This document shows, piece after piece, positions 29,166 through 38,104 of a stretch of DNA of 64,000 nucleotides. A program made the translations under genes and the position numbers. Source of the stretch: Chloroflexota bacterium (GTDB lineage: Bacteria; Chloroflexota; Dehalococcoidia; Lucifugimonadales; Lucifugimonadaceae); the NCBI GenBank assembly GCA_018650845.1, contig JABIFF010000021.1, positions 16,163 through 80,162 of the forward strand. The letters are read 5' to 3'. Each line of letters starts with the position of its first letter. Position 1 is the first letter of the stretch. The notes beneath the pieces were generated by a model that had not been told where the DNA came from, made no database searches, and saw only the letters and a program-made list of their open reading frames with translations.

Positions 29166-30028
29166 CAGACACCCACGCCAATCGCCATTTTCCTAAGCCC
29201 GGCAAGAAGCTGTTCTACCTCTACATCAAACCCGGCCCGAACGCGAATCGGACCAAACCCAGCCGCACCCGCCAGCTCAGCCGAAGTAGCGTCCTTGCTC
29301 TTCCAATAGCGCGCAGCCAGTAGCGCCGTAGCCTCAGAAACTTCCGCAGGGAACACGACAAACGAGATAACGGAAGCATCGGCATGAGTGGCAGTCGCCG
29401 TTCCGTTCACCCCACGCCTAACAGTCAGGTTCGTGCCGTTCACAAAGCGAACAAACATCTGCTCGCCTTCGATCAACAGCGTCATACCAGCCTGAATTTC
29501 GTTCACGGCATCGACTGGAACAACAGTCACGGTCGAGCTAATCCCTCCACCACTCGAAACTGTCGATCCCGTTTCCTCAGTGTGATATCGATAGCCCCAA
29601 TGCCCTTCGATGCTTAATCGACTACGCCCTACGGCGAATCCGTCCACTCCAACACCTAGATCTGAGCGAATCTCAGAGTAGGGTCGGCCATTGGCTGATG
29701 TCGGAGCTGCGTTCAATGGGTACAGGGCGTACTGAGAAGCAGTGCGTACAGTTTCGAAAACGCGATCACCATCACGATCTTCGAGAATTTCAGTAGCCGT
29801 TGCCAGATCTGGAATCGCTACTCGACACGAATCTTCGATATCGAACATTCGAACATCTTCAAGCGCGTAGAAGTGGCGATTGCAGTAACGATCTACCGCT
29901 CTGCTAGCGGCATTCAAAGTCGACCACAGAACGCTATCGTTCGTGGTTCCAGCAATACCCATGCGTGCTTTCAGGTCGTCGATTCCGGCGTAGGTATTAG
30001 CGATGCTCTCGGGTGCTGTCGCTGTCAT
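29165..30028 (-). CDS. Phage head-tail connector/adaptor (gp6-like) with inserted beta-domain
   Basis: YAGIDDLKARMG...LNAASRAVDRYCNRHF and PAEVSEATALLAARYW; GGAGG RBS before ATG 30028. Confidence 0.75.
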   Translation of the reverse strand: MTATAPESIANTYAGIDDLKARMGIAGTTNDSVLWSTLNAASRAVDRYCNRHFYALEDVRMFDIEDSCRVAIPDLATATEILEDRDGDRVFETVRTASQYALYPLNAAPTSANGRPYSEIRSDLGVGVDGFAVGRSRLSIEGHWGYRYHTEETGSTVSSGGGISSTVTVVPVDAVNEIQAGMTLLIEGEQMFVRFVNGTNLTVRRGVNGTATATHADASVISFVVFPAEVSEATALLAARYWKSKDATSAELAGAAGFGPIRVRAGFDVEVEQLLAGLRKMAIGVGV

Positions 30029-30341
30029 CTTCGGTCCTCCCAATGGACTCGTCATGACCGGCGACTGCTTCTGCCGGAATATTGTTCTCTGTAACTAATT
30101 TGAATTCGTCGAGTGCGGCGGCGTACATCGAATGAAGTTGCCGAGCATCGTTCAGCCTGGCAACCGCCTGATTCCCGCCGCCAACCAACGCTGCCTGTTG
30201 ACGCGAATCCCACACAGCTTCGCTAATGGCCGGCTTCAGCCGTCGAACGTCATTAGCGATGGCGTGTACAGCCAGATTATTCAATTCATCGTCAGCTACT
30301 TCTTCATCGAAGAACTGACGAAGGTGTTCAGTAAAGTTCAT
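29997..30341 (-). CDS. Hypothetical alpha-helical virion-associated protein
   Basis: Co-oriented in the capsid operon, GGAG RBS. Confidence 0.55.
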   Translation of the reverse strand: MNFTEHLRQFFDEEVADDELNNLAVHAIANDVRRLKPAISEAVWDSRQQAALVGGGNQAVARLNDARQLHSMYAAALDEFKLVTENNIPAEAVAGHDESIGRTEDDSDSTREHR

Positions 30342-30347
30342 CTCCGA

Positions 30348-30557
30348 CTAACTCGCAATCGGATCGTTCGAAACGGGATTGGATGAATCGATCAACGACT
30401 GGCGGTAGTTGCGCACTACCGACTGAAATTGTCGCAAGCCCCACCGCTTCACATCGTCATTCGCAACTTCAGAAACATCTATTCCCTGATGATGAGCCAG
30501 CGCGGCTTTGAGCTCGTTTAACTGAGCTGTAGAAACTGTGTACGAAACTGTTGGCAT
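30348..30557 (-). CDS. Small hypothetical protein (possible fibre-assembly chaperone)
   Basis: AGGAGG RBS, directly after the fibre gene. Confidence 0.55.
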   Translation of the reverse strand: MPTVSYTVSTAQLNELKAALAHHQGIDVSEVANDDVKRWGLRQFQSVVRNYRQSLIDSSNPVSNDPIAS

Positions 30558-30565
30558 AGCGCCTC

Positions 30566-31888
30566 CTAAATTCTTCCTGGTGCCGAAATTGCGGCTAGAC
30601 GTTTATTTGCGGATTCGAGAGCGACAGTGAGCGAATTAACTCTCTCGACGAGGTTCAAATGTTTTTCGTTCTGCTGCCAGATAGCCCCTCCAAAAAGAGA
30701 GTTCAATCGCTGCTGAACAACAAAGTCGCCTTCCGACGAAAGCACTCCGACTCTCTTAAGATCATCTGCTTCAGCAACAACCTGCTCGTCCCACTTAGTC
30801 ATAGCGATGCCCATGCCACCAGATGCTTCTTTCTGGAATGCTCGAACAAGGCCGATGTCATCTTCATCATCCAATGCCGACAACGTCGTGTTGGCGATGT
30901 GCACATCTCCGTTGCCCTTGAGCAGCAGACGAGTATCGCCGTTGTTGTTCCACGTGAACATGTTTGCGGCAGCAGCCATGTCGGTAGCGCCAGTACCACT
31001 CTTCAAACGAGCTGAATAAATGAACGCTCCAAGCGAGGTCGATGTATCAGTCGTAACCTCGTTAGTTACAATTCCAATAGCCGAAACGGCATATGTATCT
31101 TCAGTTAGGGATATCGATTCAAGCCCCCCGGAATCAGCCACAACTTTTCGTTCTAAATGGAACGTGTCAGTTTCGGCAAACGCAGTCACTCCATGGGCGA
31201 TATCGCTCGATTTGTAATCAAGGACCTCGTTGTCGAAACCGCCCTGATTAATCGTGATCCCGCGAGACATGTTCGCATTGACAGTCTCACCGATGTACAT
31301 GCCACCTAGTCGATCAATCCGCATACGCTCAGTAGCATTTGCTCCGCCATCCGAAGTGGTTGAGAAGATCAAGGCAGTAGGCATATCGGCAGTACCAGGA
31401 GTACCGTCGACCTTAGCCGCAATTCTCGCAGCTTCGATATTGCGGTTGGCACCGTTACCGTCATCACCCCACCACACAAACTCTCCCAGCGTGTCTCCAT
31501 CTTGAACCAACGTCCCGGCAGCCGGTGTTGCGCCAATTGCGGAACCTCTACCCTTGTAAAAATAAATACGTGGTCCGGCCGAACTATCGCTCCACCTTGC
31601 AATCGTCGCAGTTGAATCTGCAGAGCCGTTCCCAAGCATTTGAAATTCTTCGAGAGTGCCGTTGATCGCCACCTGTGAAGAATTCCCAACAACAAGCCCA
31701 TTGCCGTCCCGAATTGCGAGACCATCGGAACCAATCTCAACCTTGGGAGTTCCGTTATTGGAAAAGCTAAGCAATTCGCTCACGCTATCGAATTCGATTC
31801 CGCCGTTCGGCGAGTAGCCAAACTTCAATATCGAATCAGACGGAACGAATCGAGAGCTTTGGTTCAATATCGCTTTCGAATTGATCAA
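30566..31888 (-). CDS. Phage fibre/spike-like protein with C-terminal coiled coil
   Basis: G/S/T/N-rich beta repeats (VQDGDTLG, VDGTPG, TERMRID) and terminal coiled coil LVERVNSLTVALESANKRL. Confidence 0.65.
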   Translation of the reverse strand: MINSKAILNQSSRFVPSDSILKFGYSPNGGIEFDSVSELLSFSNNGTPKVEIGSDGLAIRDGNGLVVGNSSQVAINGTLEEFQMLGNGSADSTATIARWSDSSAGPRIYFYKGRGSAIGATPAAGTLVQDGDTLGEFVWWGDDGNGANRNIEAARIAAKVDGTPGTADMPTALIFSTTSDGGANATERMRIDRLGGMYIGETVNANMSRGITINQGGFDNEVLDYKSSDIAHGVTAFAETDTFHLERKVVADSGGLESISLTEDTYAVSAIGIVTNEVTTDTSTSLGAFIYSARLKSGTGATDMAAAANMFTWNNNGDTRLLLKGNGDVHIANTTLSALDDEDDIGLVRAFQKEASGGMGIAMTKWDEQVVAEADDLKRVGVLSSEGDFVVQQRLNSLFGGAIWQQNEKHLNLVERVNSLTVALESANKRLAAISAPGRI

Positions 31889-32166
31889 GCCGCAACTCCC
31901 GCGAAGTCCACTCCATCGCTAGCTGTATCAGCATCTACAAAGAACCTCCGAAGATCGATCGTCTCTCTAAAAGAAAGATTCAACTCGTCTCCGGGCTCAA
32001 GTCGATACCCATTCGAGCTATCGACGGAACTATCGCCAACGTAAACGGCGCCAGTGTTATCGGCACGTGCACGAAAGCTAACTGCCGATACAGCGTTACC
32101 AGACGTCGCAACTGCCACAGCTGTTCCCGGCGTTACAACCGTTGTCGATCCAATTGGCATACTCAC
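31885..32166 (-). CDS. Small beta-sandwich virion protein (head-vertex/decoration candidate), paralogue 2
   Basis: RARADNTGAVYVGDSSV...LEPGD...DLRRFFVDADTASDGV. Confidence 0.6.
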   Translation of the reverse strand: MSMPIGSTTVVTPGTAVAVATSGNAVSAVSFRARADNTGAVYVGDSSVDSSNGYRLEPGDELNLSFRETIDLRRFFVDADTASDGVDFAGVAA

Positions 32167-32468
32167 TTACGACCTACCCTTGCATTCGATTCCAAAATCG
32201 TCACTTCAACTCCGTCTCCAGCAAACTCGCCGTCTACAAAAACTTTTGTCAGATCTACACGCGGGTATCCACGCATACCTAGTGCCCGCCCCGGACCCAG
32301 TCCCGGATCGCTCCGAGTTACTTCCGAATCGCCAACGAACACCTGTCCTTGATTGCTCGCACACGCACGCACTACAACGTTTCGAGGATGAAACGCCTGG
32401 CGAGAAATCTTCGACCTCTCACCAGGAGCATCCACACGCCGCGTAAACGAAACTACTTTCGTTGTCAT
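32163..32468 (-). CDS. Small beta-sandwich virion protein, paralogue 1
   Basis: RACASNQGQVFVGDSEV...LGPGR...DLTKVFVDGEFAGDGV. Confidence 0.55.
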   Translation of the reverse strand: MTTKVVSFTRRVDAPGERSKISRQAFHPRNVVVRACASNQGQVFVGDSEVTRSDPGLGPGRALGMRGYPRVDLTKVFVDGEFAGDGVEVTILESNARVGRK

Positions 32469-32505
32469 AATTTTTCTTAAGCTCCCAACGCCGCAGGCGT
32501 CTAAG

Positions 32506-32543
32506 TCCTCCCTCCCTTAACGGGAGGGAGCTAGAGGGTGGGT
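32506..32543. repeat. REP-like family I element inside the capsid operon
   Basis: CCTCCCTCCCTTAACGGGAGGGAGCTAGAGGGTGGG. Confidence 0.75.
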
Positions 32544-32587
32544 TCAATCGGGAATTGCACTAATCAAGCGCACCCGTAGGTAACCGC

Positions 32588-33013
32588 CTATGTGTACTCG
32601 ACTACAACCAAGATCTCGGCTGAAGTCAGATCAGTCGCAACTCCAGTCTCAGTCACCTGAAGTTCGATCACATCGCCATCATCAACGACAGCGTTCTGGT
32701 CAGGATCGAGCGTGTAAGCAACATCGGCAGTGATCGCCGTGCCACCAGTAGATTCAGTCGTCTTCGCACTCGCCAGAAGAGCCTCCGCCTGAGTCAAGTT
32801 CTGCACCTGAAAGGCGTAGTAATTCGTATCGCTCGCAGCAACACCAGTGTCAGAAACAATCTGAACCTGATCGATATTGCAGTCGTACGGAGCAACGAAA
32901 ACATATCGCTGGTCACTGCCATCCCAGCCGGCAAGATTCAGCACACTCGTCTTCCTTAGAGCACGCTCTGCAATCTCTGCCACAGGATCAGTAATCGTCT
33001 TGTTATCGGGCAT
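32588..33013 (-). CDS. Capsid decoration/cement-like protein
   Basis: 141 aa beta-rich (FVAPYDCNIDQVQIV; VDDGDVIELQV), directly after the major capsid gene. Confidence 0.6.
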   Translation of the reverse strand: MPDNKTITDPVAEIAERALRKTSVLNLAGWDGSDQRYVFVAPYDCNIDQVQIVSDTGVAASDTNYYAFQVQNLTQAEALLASAKTTESTGGTAITADVAYTLDPDQNAVVDDGDVIELQVTETGVATDLTSAEILVVVEYT

Positions 33014-33082
33014 ATTAAAAAAGTCCTCGAATCGTTGGCGTTTTCAGTTCGAAAACGCATAAATAGAAATTGAAAAATGAAT

Positions 33083-33107
33083 CGGGTGCGGTGTGTCCTC
33101 GCACCCG
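33083..33107 (-). terminator. Hairpin after the major capsid gene (partial terminator or mRNA stabiliser)
   Basis: CGGGTGCG...CGCACCCG followed on the minus strand by ATTCATTTTT. Confidence 0.55.
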
Positions 33108-33127
33108 GTTTCAGTCAGCTAAACGCT

Positions 33128-34432
33128 CTATACGACGCCAGTCACGTTGTACTGCAGAGCAGTGTGCGTAGCTGAAGCACGAGCACCAGTGCGCTCGCTA
33201 AGAGCGATTCGCATGCTCACAACCATCACGTTTTGACGCTTCTGAATGTCACGCTCAGTCTCAATCGAAAGCTCTCGCCTAAAGCCCACACGCCACTGGC
33301 TGCGGTTCGTTGCAAGAATTCGACCCGTCGTGCCGGTCGCACCATCGGTCACCTTGCCGTCAGTGTCAGCAAGTCGCATCTGTTCAGAAACGATCAACGG
33401 ATGACCGTAAACAACACCAAGTTGGCCAGTCAGAATCGTTGCAGCAGGACCGAGCTTGTCGACCGTCTCGACCTCATCCAAAGCCAAACTCGATAGGTAG
33501 GTGTTCACATCAGTAATGAACACAGATTCGTTGTTGCGAACGCCGTACTTACCAAGCATTTTCAGCGCCTGGTTGTACGAAGCAGCGGTGACAGAACCGT
33601 TCAGGTTGTTCGCCTGAGAAGTGTTATCAACCAACGGCAAGTGCAGCAGACCATCGAACCCAACAAGCCAGTGCGCCTTGCCTGGAGTTGTGCTCGTGAT
33701 AGTCGCGCCATCAGAGTTAATTCCGTTCGTGGCTGAAGTATCACCGTTCAGCAGAACATCATCGATAACTTCTGCTGCGTTTCGCACCAGAGTCCGACGA
33801 ACCTCAGGAAGCATCGCAATTACAGCGTCTTCCTCCAACGAAAGCGACCAAGGAACCTCAGCTACCAGCTCATGAGCTGTGAGCGTCTGCTTACCAGTTG
33901 TAAGTGCAGTTGATTTCGCCGAAACGTTCTCCGAACCCGGGTACCAGTTCACATCACCAAGCTGGAGCGGAATATCGAACGGAGTAGTCGGCATGCTGAT
34001 CCTGCTGAACAGCGATGCAACCATCGTTTCGAGGTTCACATCGTTCCAAAGCTGCGAGGCTTCGGAAGTGGCAACAAGCTCATCACCACCAGCAGCGGTA
34101 ACCGAGTCCATAGCAGCCTTAATTCGACCCGCCCAACGTTCCGATCCAGTCGAAGCACTGAACGCATGCGATGCTTTGTGCAAGCTACGAACAATCGCCA
34201 TGTCGAGCGCATCACAGCCAACGTACGGCCCGGCTTCGACCCGACGTGCGTGACTGTCGGAGCCAACGAGCAAATCATTGCGACGGGTCTCTTTTGACGA
34301 TTCAACCAGCGATTCCACCGCTGAGCTAAGCCGATCAGTTTCGTCCTTTACTCGACCTTCACCACGCTCTTTTACGAACGCTGAAATATCGGCAAGCTCT
34401 TTTTTCACAGCTTCAAGTTCTTGAAGTGACAT
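33128..34432 (-). CDS. HK97-fold major capsid protein
   Basis: N-terminal coiled-coil scaffold, GGDELV, AAEVIDDVLLNGD, GVVYGHPLIVSE; follows the prohead protease. Confidence 0.88.
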   Translation of the reverse strand: MSLQELEAVKKELADISAFVKERGEGRVKDETDRLSSAVESLVESSKETRRNDLLVGSDSHARRVEAGPYVGCDALDMAIVRSLHKASHAFSASTGSERWAGRIKAAMDSVTAAGGDELVATSEASQLWNDVNLETMVASLFSRISMPTTPFDIPLQLGDVNWYPGSENVSAKSTALTTGKQTLTAHELVAEVPWSLSLEEDAVIAMLPEVRRTLVRNAAEVIDDVLLNGDTSATNGINSDGATITSTTPGKAHWLVGFDGLLHLPLVDNTSQANNLNGSVTAASYNQALKMLGKYGVRNNESVFITDVNTYLSSLALDEVETVDKLGPAATILTGQLGVVYGHPLIVSEQMRLADTDGKVTDGATGTTGRILATNRSQWRVGFRRELSIETERDIQKRQNVMVVSMRIALSERTGARASATHTALQYNVTGVV

Positions 34433-34448
34433 AAGTTAGAAAATTCTC

Positions 34449-35111
34449 CTATTTAGATCGGGCAGCAATCGACTGCCAAATCTCAGTGAGTTGTCTGAAA
34501 AGCGGGAGAAGTTCTCGCTGTTCGCTATCGTTACTTTTGCGAGCTTCTGAATCAGCGGCCAAAGCGTTCGGATGCATCGGAACAGGCGCAGCGCTTATCT
34601 CGAGAAGTTCCTGGCGTTCGAAAACCGTCCCTCGCTTCGTTGCATTACCTCTTTGGGCAACCTTCAAAGCACGGAACCCCACCGAAACTCCTCGTAGAAA
34701 TCCACCCTCAAACAGTTTCTGAACCTGCTGAGCAAACTCGGTTTGGGCGAACTCGATAGTCGCAAACAACGACCCGTTCTCCACCCAGATATCGATACTC
34801 TTGCCAATCGGCAGAAGATCGTGCCTGTGCGCCCAAAGCACCACCGGGTTTTGCTTGTAGTTTCCAAGCTCCCACCCTTCGGCCTTGATCACATCACCCG
34901 CACGGTCTTCACTCTCGATCGACGCTCGAAAAGTGATCGACTTACCGTCGTCAGACGAAACGCTCTCCGCCTTACCTGCACCTGCCTGTTTAACCGAACG
35001 ATCACTCTCGACAACCGCAGTCACGCCAAACCACCGAGTGACAACCGATCCTGCCTCAGCAGTTTCGAAATCCTCATCTGTATAAACAATCGAACTATTG
35101 ACCACTTCCAC
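34449..35111 (-). CDS. HK97-family prohead protease
   Basis: DRAGDVI, NPVVLWAH (His), GVSVGF (Ser), ELLEISAAPVPMHPNA. Confidence 0.92.
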   Translation of the reverse strand: MEVVNSSIVYTDEDFETAEAGSVVTRWFGVTAVVESDRSVKQAGAGKAESVSSDDGKSITFRASIESEDRAGDVIKAEGWELGNYKQNPVVLWAHRHDLLPIGKSIDIWVENGSLFATIEFAQTEFAQQVQKLFEGGFLRGVSVGFRALKVAQRGNATKRGTVFERQELLEISAAPVPMHPNALAADSEARKSNDSEQRELLPLFRQLTEIWQSIAARSK

Positions 35112-35154
35112 CTACTTACGAATTCAGCACCGACAAAAGCACTTATTAATGAAT

Positions 35155-35204
35155 AAAAAAAAGACCCAGATGCACGCGAAATAAATCGCGAACAAAACTG
35201 GGTC
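35155..35204 (-). terminator. Intrinsic terminator/attenuator in the 5' leader of the capsid operon
   Basis: Minus strand GACCCAG...CGCGA/TCGCG...CTGGGTC followed by T8, between the promoter (about 35330) and the protease start (35111). Confidence 0.7.
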
Positions 35205-35307
35205 AGTCCCTGTTGTACTTCGTTGATGAGTGGCTTTCAAGCCTCGTTGTCATTCCGAATTCATTTTCGGGATCTATCAACCAATAGCTTCATCACTCAC
35301 TCATGTA

Positions 35308-35360
35308 ATTAGCACATATGTTCTAATACGTAAGTTATATGCCATCCCGAAATCGGTCAA
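35308..35360 (-). promoter_or_regulatory. sigma70-type promoter with LexA-type box
   Basis: TTGACC(35360-35355)-17 nt-TAACTT(35337-35332); ATTAGAAC-ATAT-GTGCTAAT at 35327-35308. Confidence 0.75.
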
Positions 35361-35456
35361 CAATCCGTGTCACATCTCAATTACATATACCTCACGTAAA
35401 ACGAACCACAGGCTCGATATACTCATCCCCTCGTTAATCACCGACTGGAGTCGTAA

Positions 35457-36857
35457 TTGAGTTCTCGCCCTAATATTCTGTACATCATGTCGGACGATCA
35501 CGCCGCCCACGCTATCTCTGCGTACGGCAGCAAGATCAACAAAACTCCCAACATCGATCGATTGGCTGAAGAGGGCGTTCGACTCGATAACGCCTTCTGC
35601 ACAAACGCACTCTGCACACCAAGTAGAGCTTCGATTCTCACTGGCCAGTACAGCCACGTGAACGAGGTCAAAACCCTCGATGATGAAATCGACAGCTCAC
35701 GCCCTATTCAGTCGCAGAAGCTGATGAAGGAAGCCGGGTACGAAACCGCCATCATCGGTAAATGGCACCTCGGTAACAACGAAGCCAGCAATCCACAAGG
35801 CTTTGACTACTGGAACATCCTTCCCGGTCAGGGCGATTACTACGACCCACTGATGATCGAGAACGGCGTCGAGAAACAGCTTGAAGGCTACGTAACCGAT
35901 CTCATCACCGATATCGCAGTCGACTGGCTCGATTCACGTGACAACGACACCGAAGATCCTTTCTTCCTGATGGTCCACCACAAGGCTCCTCATTCTTCTT
36001 GGATTCCTGCCAAGCGACACGAGAATCTCGGAGTTGAAGGCGAATTCCCAGAGCCTGAAACGCTTATGGACGACTACGAGACCCGATCAGAAGCCGTAAA
36101 AATGACTTCAATCCGGATCGAAGACACCCGCAAGCCCAATTTGAAATTCGACCCGCCAGAGGGAATTACCAAAGACGAAAAACGAAAATGGGCGTACCAG
36201 CGGTACATCACCGACTACACGCGAACTATCGCAGCAGTCGACGATAGCGTAGGCACGTTGCTCGATTACCTCGATGCAAACGGCCTCGCAGAAAACACGC
36301 TTGTCGTTTACACGTCCGACCAAGGAATGTTTTTGGGCGATCACGGTTGGCACGACAAGCGGTACATGTACGAAGAATCGTTGCAGATGCCGTTCTTGGC
36401 ACGCTTGCCAGGTGAAATCGAGGCAGGATCGGTTTCGACCGACATGCTGCTCAACGTCGATTTCGCTCCCATGTTCTTGGACTTTGGCGGTGTTGAAGCA
36501 CCTGAAGAAATGCAAGGTACGTCGGGTCGAAAAGTTCTCAGCAACAATGTGCCAGATGACTGGCAAACCAGCATGTATTACCGCTACTGGATGAACACCC
36601 TCGGGCACAAAGTGATCCCAAACTACGGTGTGCGAAACGAACGCTACAAGTTGATTTACTACTACGGCGTGACACCTGAAGATACCGGCGACCCGAGCAT
36701 CACAATCGAAGCTGAGTGGGAACTCTACGATCTCGAACAAGATCCTCGTGAAATGAACAACGTCTACGGCTCACCCGATTACGTGAAGGTTCAGGCGACT
36801 ATGCTCGCCGAGCTCGATCGACTACAGGCAAAAGCCGAAGACGGCGCTCGTCACTAA
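35457..36857 (+). CDS. Formylglycine-dependent sulfatase
   Basis: PNILYIMSDD, CTPSRASILTG, GKWHL, SDQG. Confidence 0.93.
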   Translation: MSSRPNILYIMSDDHAAHAISAYGSKINKTPNIDRLAEEGVRLDNAFCTNALCTPSRASILTGQYSHVNEVKTLDDEIDSSRPIQSQKLMKEAGYETAIIGKWHLGNNEASNPQGFDYWNILPGQGDYYDPLMIENGVEKQLEGYVTDLITDIAVDWLDSRDNDTEDPFFLMVHHKAPHSSWIPAKRHENLGVEGEFPEPETLMDDYETRSEAVKMTSIRIEDTRKPNLKFDPPEGITKDEKRKWAYQRYITDYTRTIAAVDDSVGTLLDYLDANGLAENTLVVYTSDQGMFLGDHGWHDKRYMYEESLQMPFLARLPGEIEAGSVSTDMLLNVDFAPMFLDFGGVEAPEEMQGTSGRKVLSNNVPDDWQTSMYYRYWMNTLGHKVIPNYGVRNERYKLIYYYGVTPEDTGDPSITIEAEWELYDLEQDPREMNNVYGSPDYVKVQATMLAELDRLQAKAEDGARH

Positions 36858-36878
36858 AGCGTTTCTGCGAGATAAATG

Positions 36879-36926
36879 AAAAACCGCCGAGTATCGGATC
36901 TAACAATTAGATATTCGGCGGTTTTT
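36879..36926. terminator. Bidirectional intrinsic terminator
   Basis: AAAAACCGCCGA...TCGGCGGTTTTT. Confidence 0.8.
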
Positions 36927-36931
36927 CGCGT

Positions 36932-37813
36932 TTAGTCCGCCAAAATCTCTCTGGCTGTCTCAAGAGATCGCTCCGCCTCAACAGCGTTCGTCTCAGAAAT
37001 CCCAGAAAGAATGATTAACGCCTTCCAAAGCGTCCATCCACGTCCACGTTCCCAAGTAGCGTCATCGAGATCGAGTGTGTCTCTAAAGACCGCTCGACTC
37101 CCAGCATCGAACATGGTCCACGCAATCGCCAGATCACATGCAGGGTCGCCAACAGCCATACCGCCCCAGTCGATCACCGCTGCCAGTTCGCCATCCCTCA
37201 CAAGTAAATTTCCTGAACTAACATCACCGTGAATCCAAACACCGGTTTCATGCCAGCTCGATGCCAAAGCCGTACCCCAAACACGACTCAACACTGCCGC
37301 ATCCAGATCGAATTTACCGTCGAGCATCCCAATAGCTTCACGGGTTTCAGCGTCGTACACCGAAAGATCACCACCACGATAGAAATTTCCAACTCCAGGA
37401 ATGGGGGCACCCGAAGTTCCGATCCCCCGTAGGTCTCGGAGAAACTCGCCCAGCGACAACGCGAACAAAGGCATATCTCCGATTCGATCCGAAGTCGCCA
37501 CCTCACCTTCGATCCATCCGTAAACCGACCACAGCCACGGATAATCATCAGAAGGCTTACCCATCGCAAGAGGTATGGGAATCGGCAATCTCAACCCAGC
37601 GGCGATAATCGGCAACCAACGATGCTCTTTCTCAACCTGCGCCACATAGCGTTCGGCGCTCGGAAGTCGAATCGATTTATCGTCGCCTAATCGGAACGTT
37701 CGATTGTCCCAGCCGTTAGGAACAACCTCGCGCACAGGTAAGCCAGACCACTGTGGAAACTGATCGGCGATAAGACCTCTAACAAGGTCGGTATTTATAT
37801 TCAAACTAGACAA
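36932..37813 (-). CDS. Aminoglycoside phosphotransferase (APH) family kinase
   Basis: GWDNRTFRLG, HGDVSSGNLL, VIDWG, GDPACDL. Confidence 0.88.
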   Translation of the reverse strand: MSSLNINTDLVRGLIADQFPQWSGLPVREVVPNGWDNRTFRLGDDKSIRLPSAERYVAQVEKEHRWLPIIAAGLRLPIPIPLAMGKPSDDYPWLWSVYGWIEGEVATSDRIGDMPLFALSLGEFLRDLRGIGTSGAPIPGVGNFYRGGDLSVYDAETREAIGMLDGKFDLDAAVLSRVWGTALASSWHETGVWIHGDVSSGNLLVRDGELAAVIDWGGMAVGDPACDLAIAWTMFDAGSRAVFRDTLDLDDATWERGRGWTLWKALIILSGISETNAVEAERSLETAREILAD

Positions 37814-37905
37814 TATTTCCGAATCGTACCTGCAAACCTAGCGATAAGAAAATCATCTTTCATCCAGTTCAACCCTGTGCCAAATACTGGTGAATCCGCA
37901 CCCAA

Positions 37906-37954
37906 TGTGAAATTCTTCACAAGTTAATCACAACAGTATGTGATTGTTTTCACA
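37906..37954. promoter_or_regulatory. Two CRP/FNR- or Rex-type operators
   Basis: TGTGA-AATTCT-TCACA (37906-37921) and TGTGA-TTGTTT-TCACA (37939-37954). Confidence 0.7.
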
Positions 37955-38104
37955 AGTGCCTCATAGTCGAAAGGTATTCTCATTTACATGATCACTGCTG
38001 AGTAAGGAAACACACCTGATTCAGCCGTACCGGAAAACAAAAAGCAGGATTTCTGCAGGCACAACCGGCATCGAAAGTGATCATCGCCGCAAGGCACAAA
38101 GATT

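Noticed and set aside
33128-34432. Encapsulin nanocompartment
   Set aside because: Portal, terminase, prohead protease and neck genes indicate a DNA-packaging head, not a protein-cargo shell.
36932-37813. Acquired aminoglycoside-resistance gene
   Set aside because: Only generic APH-family kinase motifs; no mobile context or specific similarity to clinical APHs.
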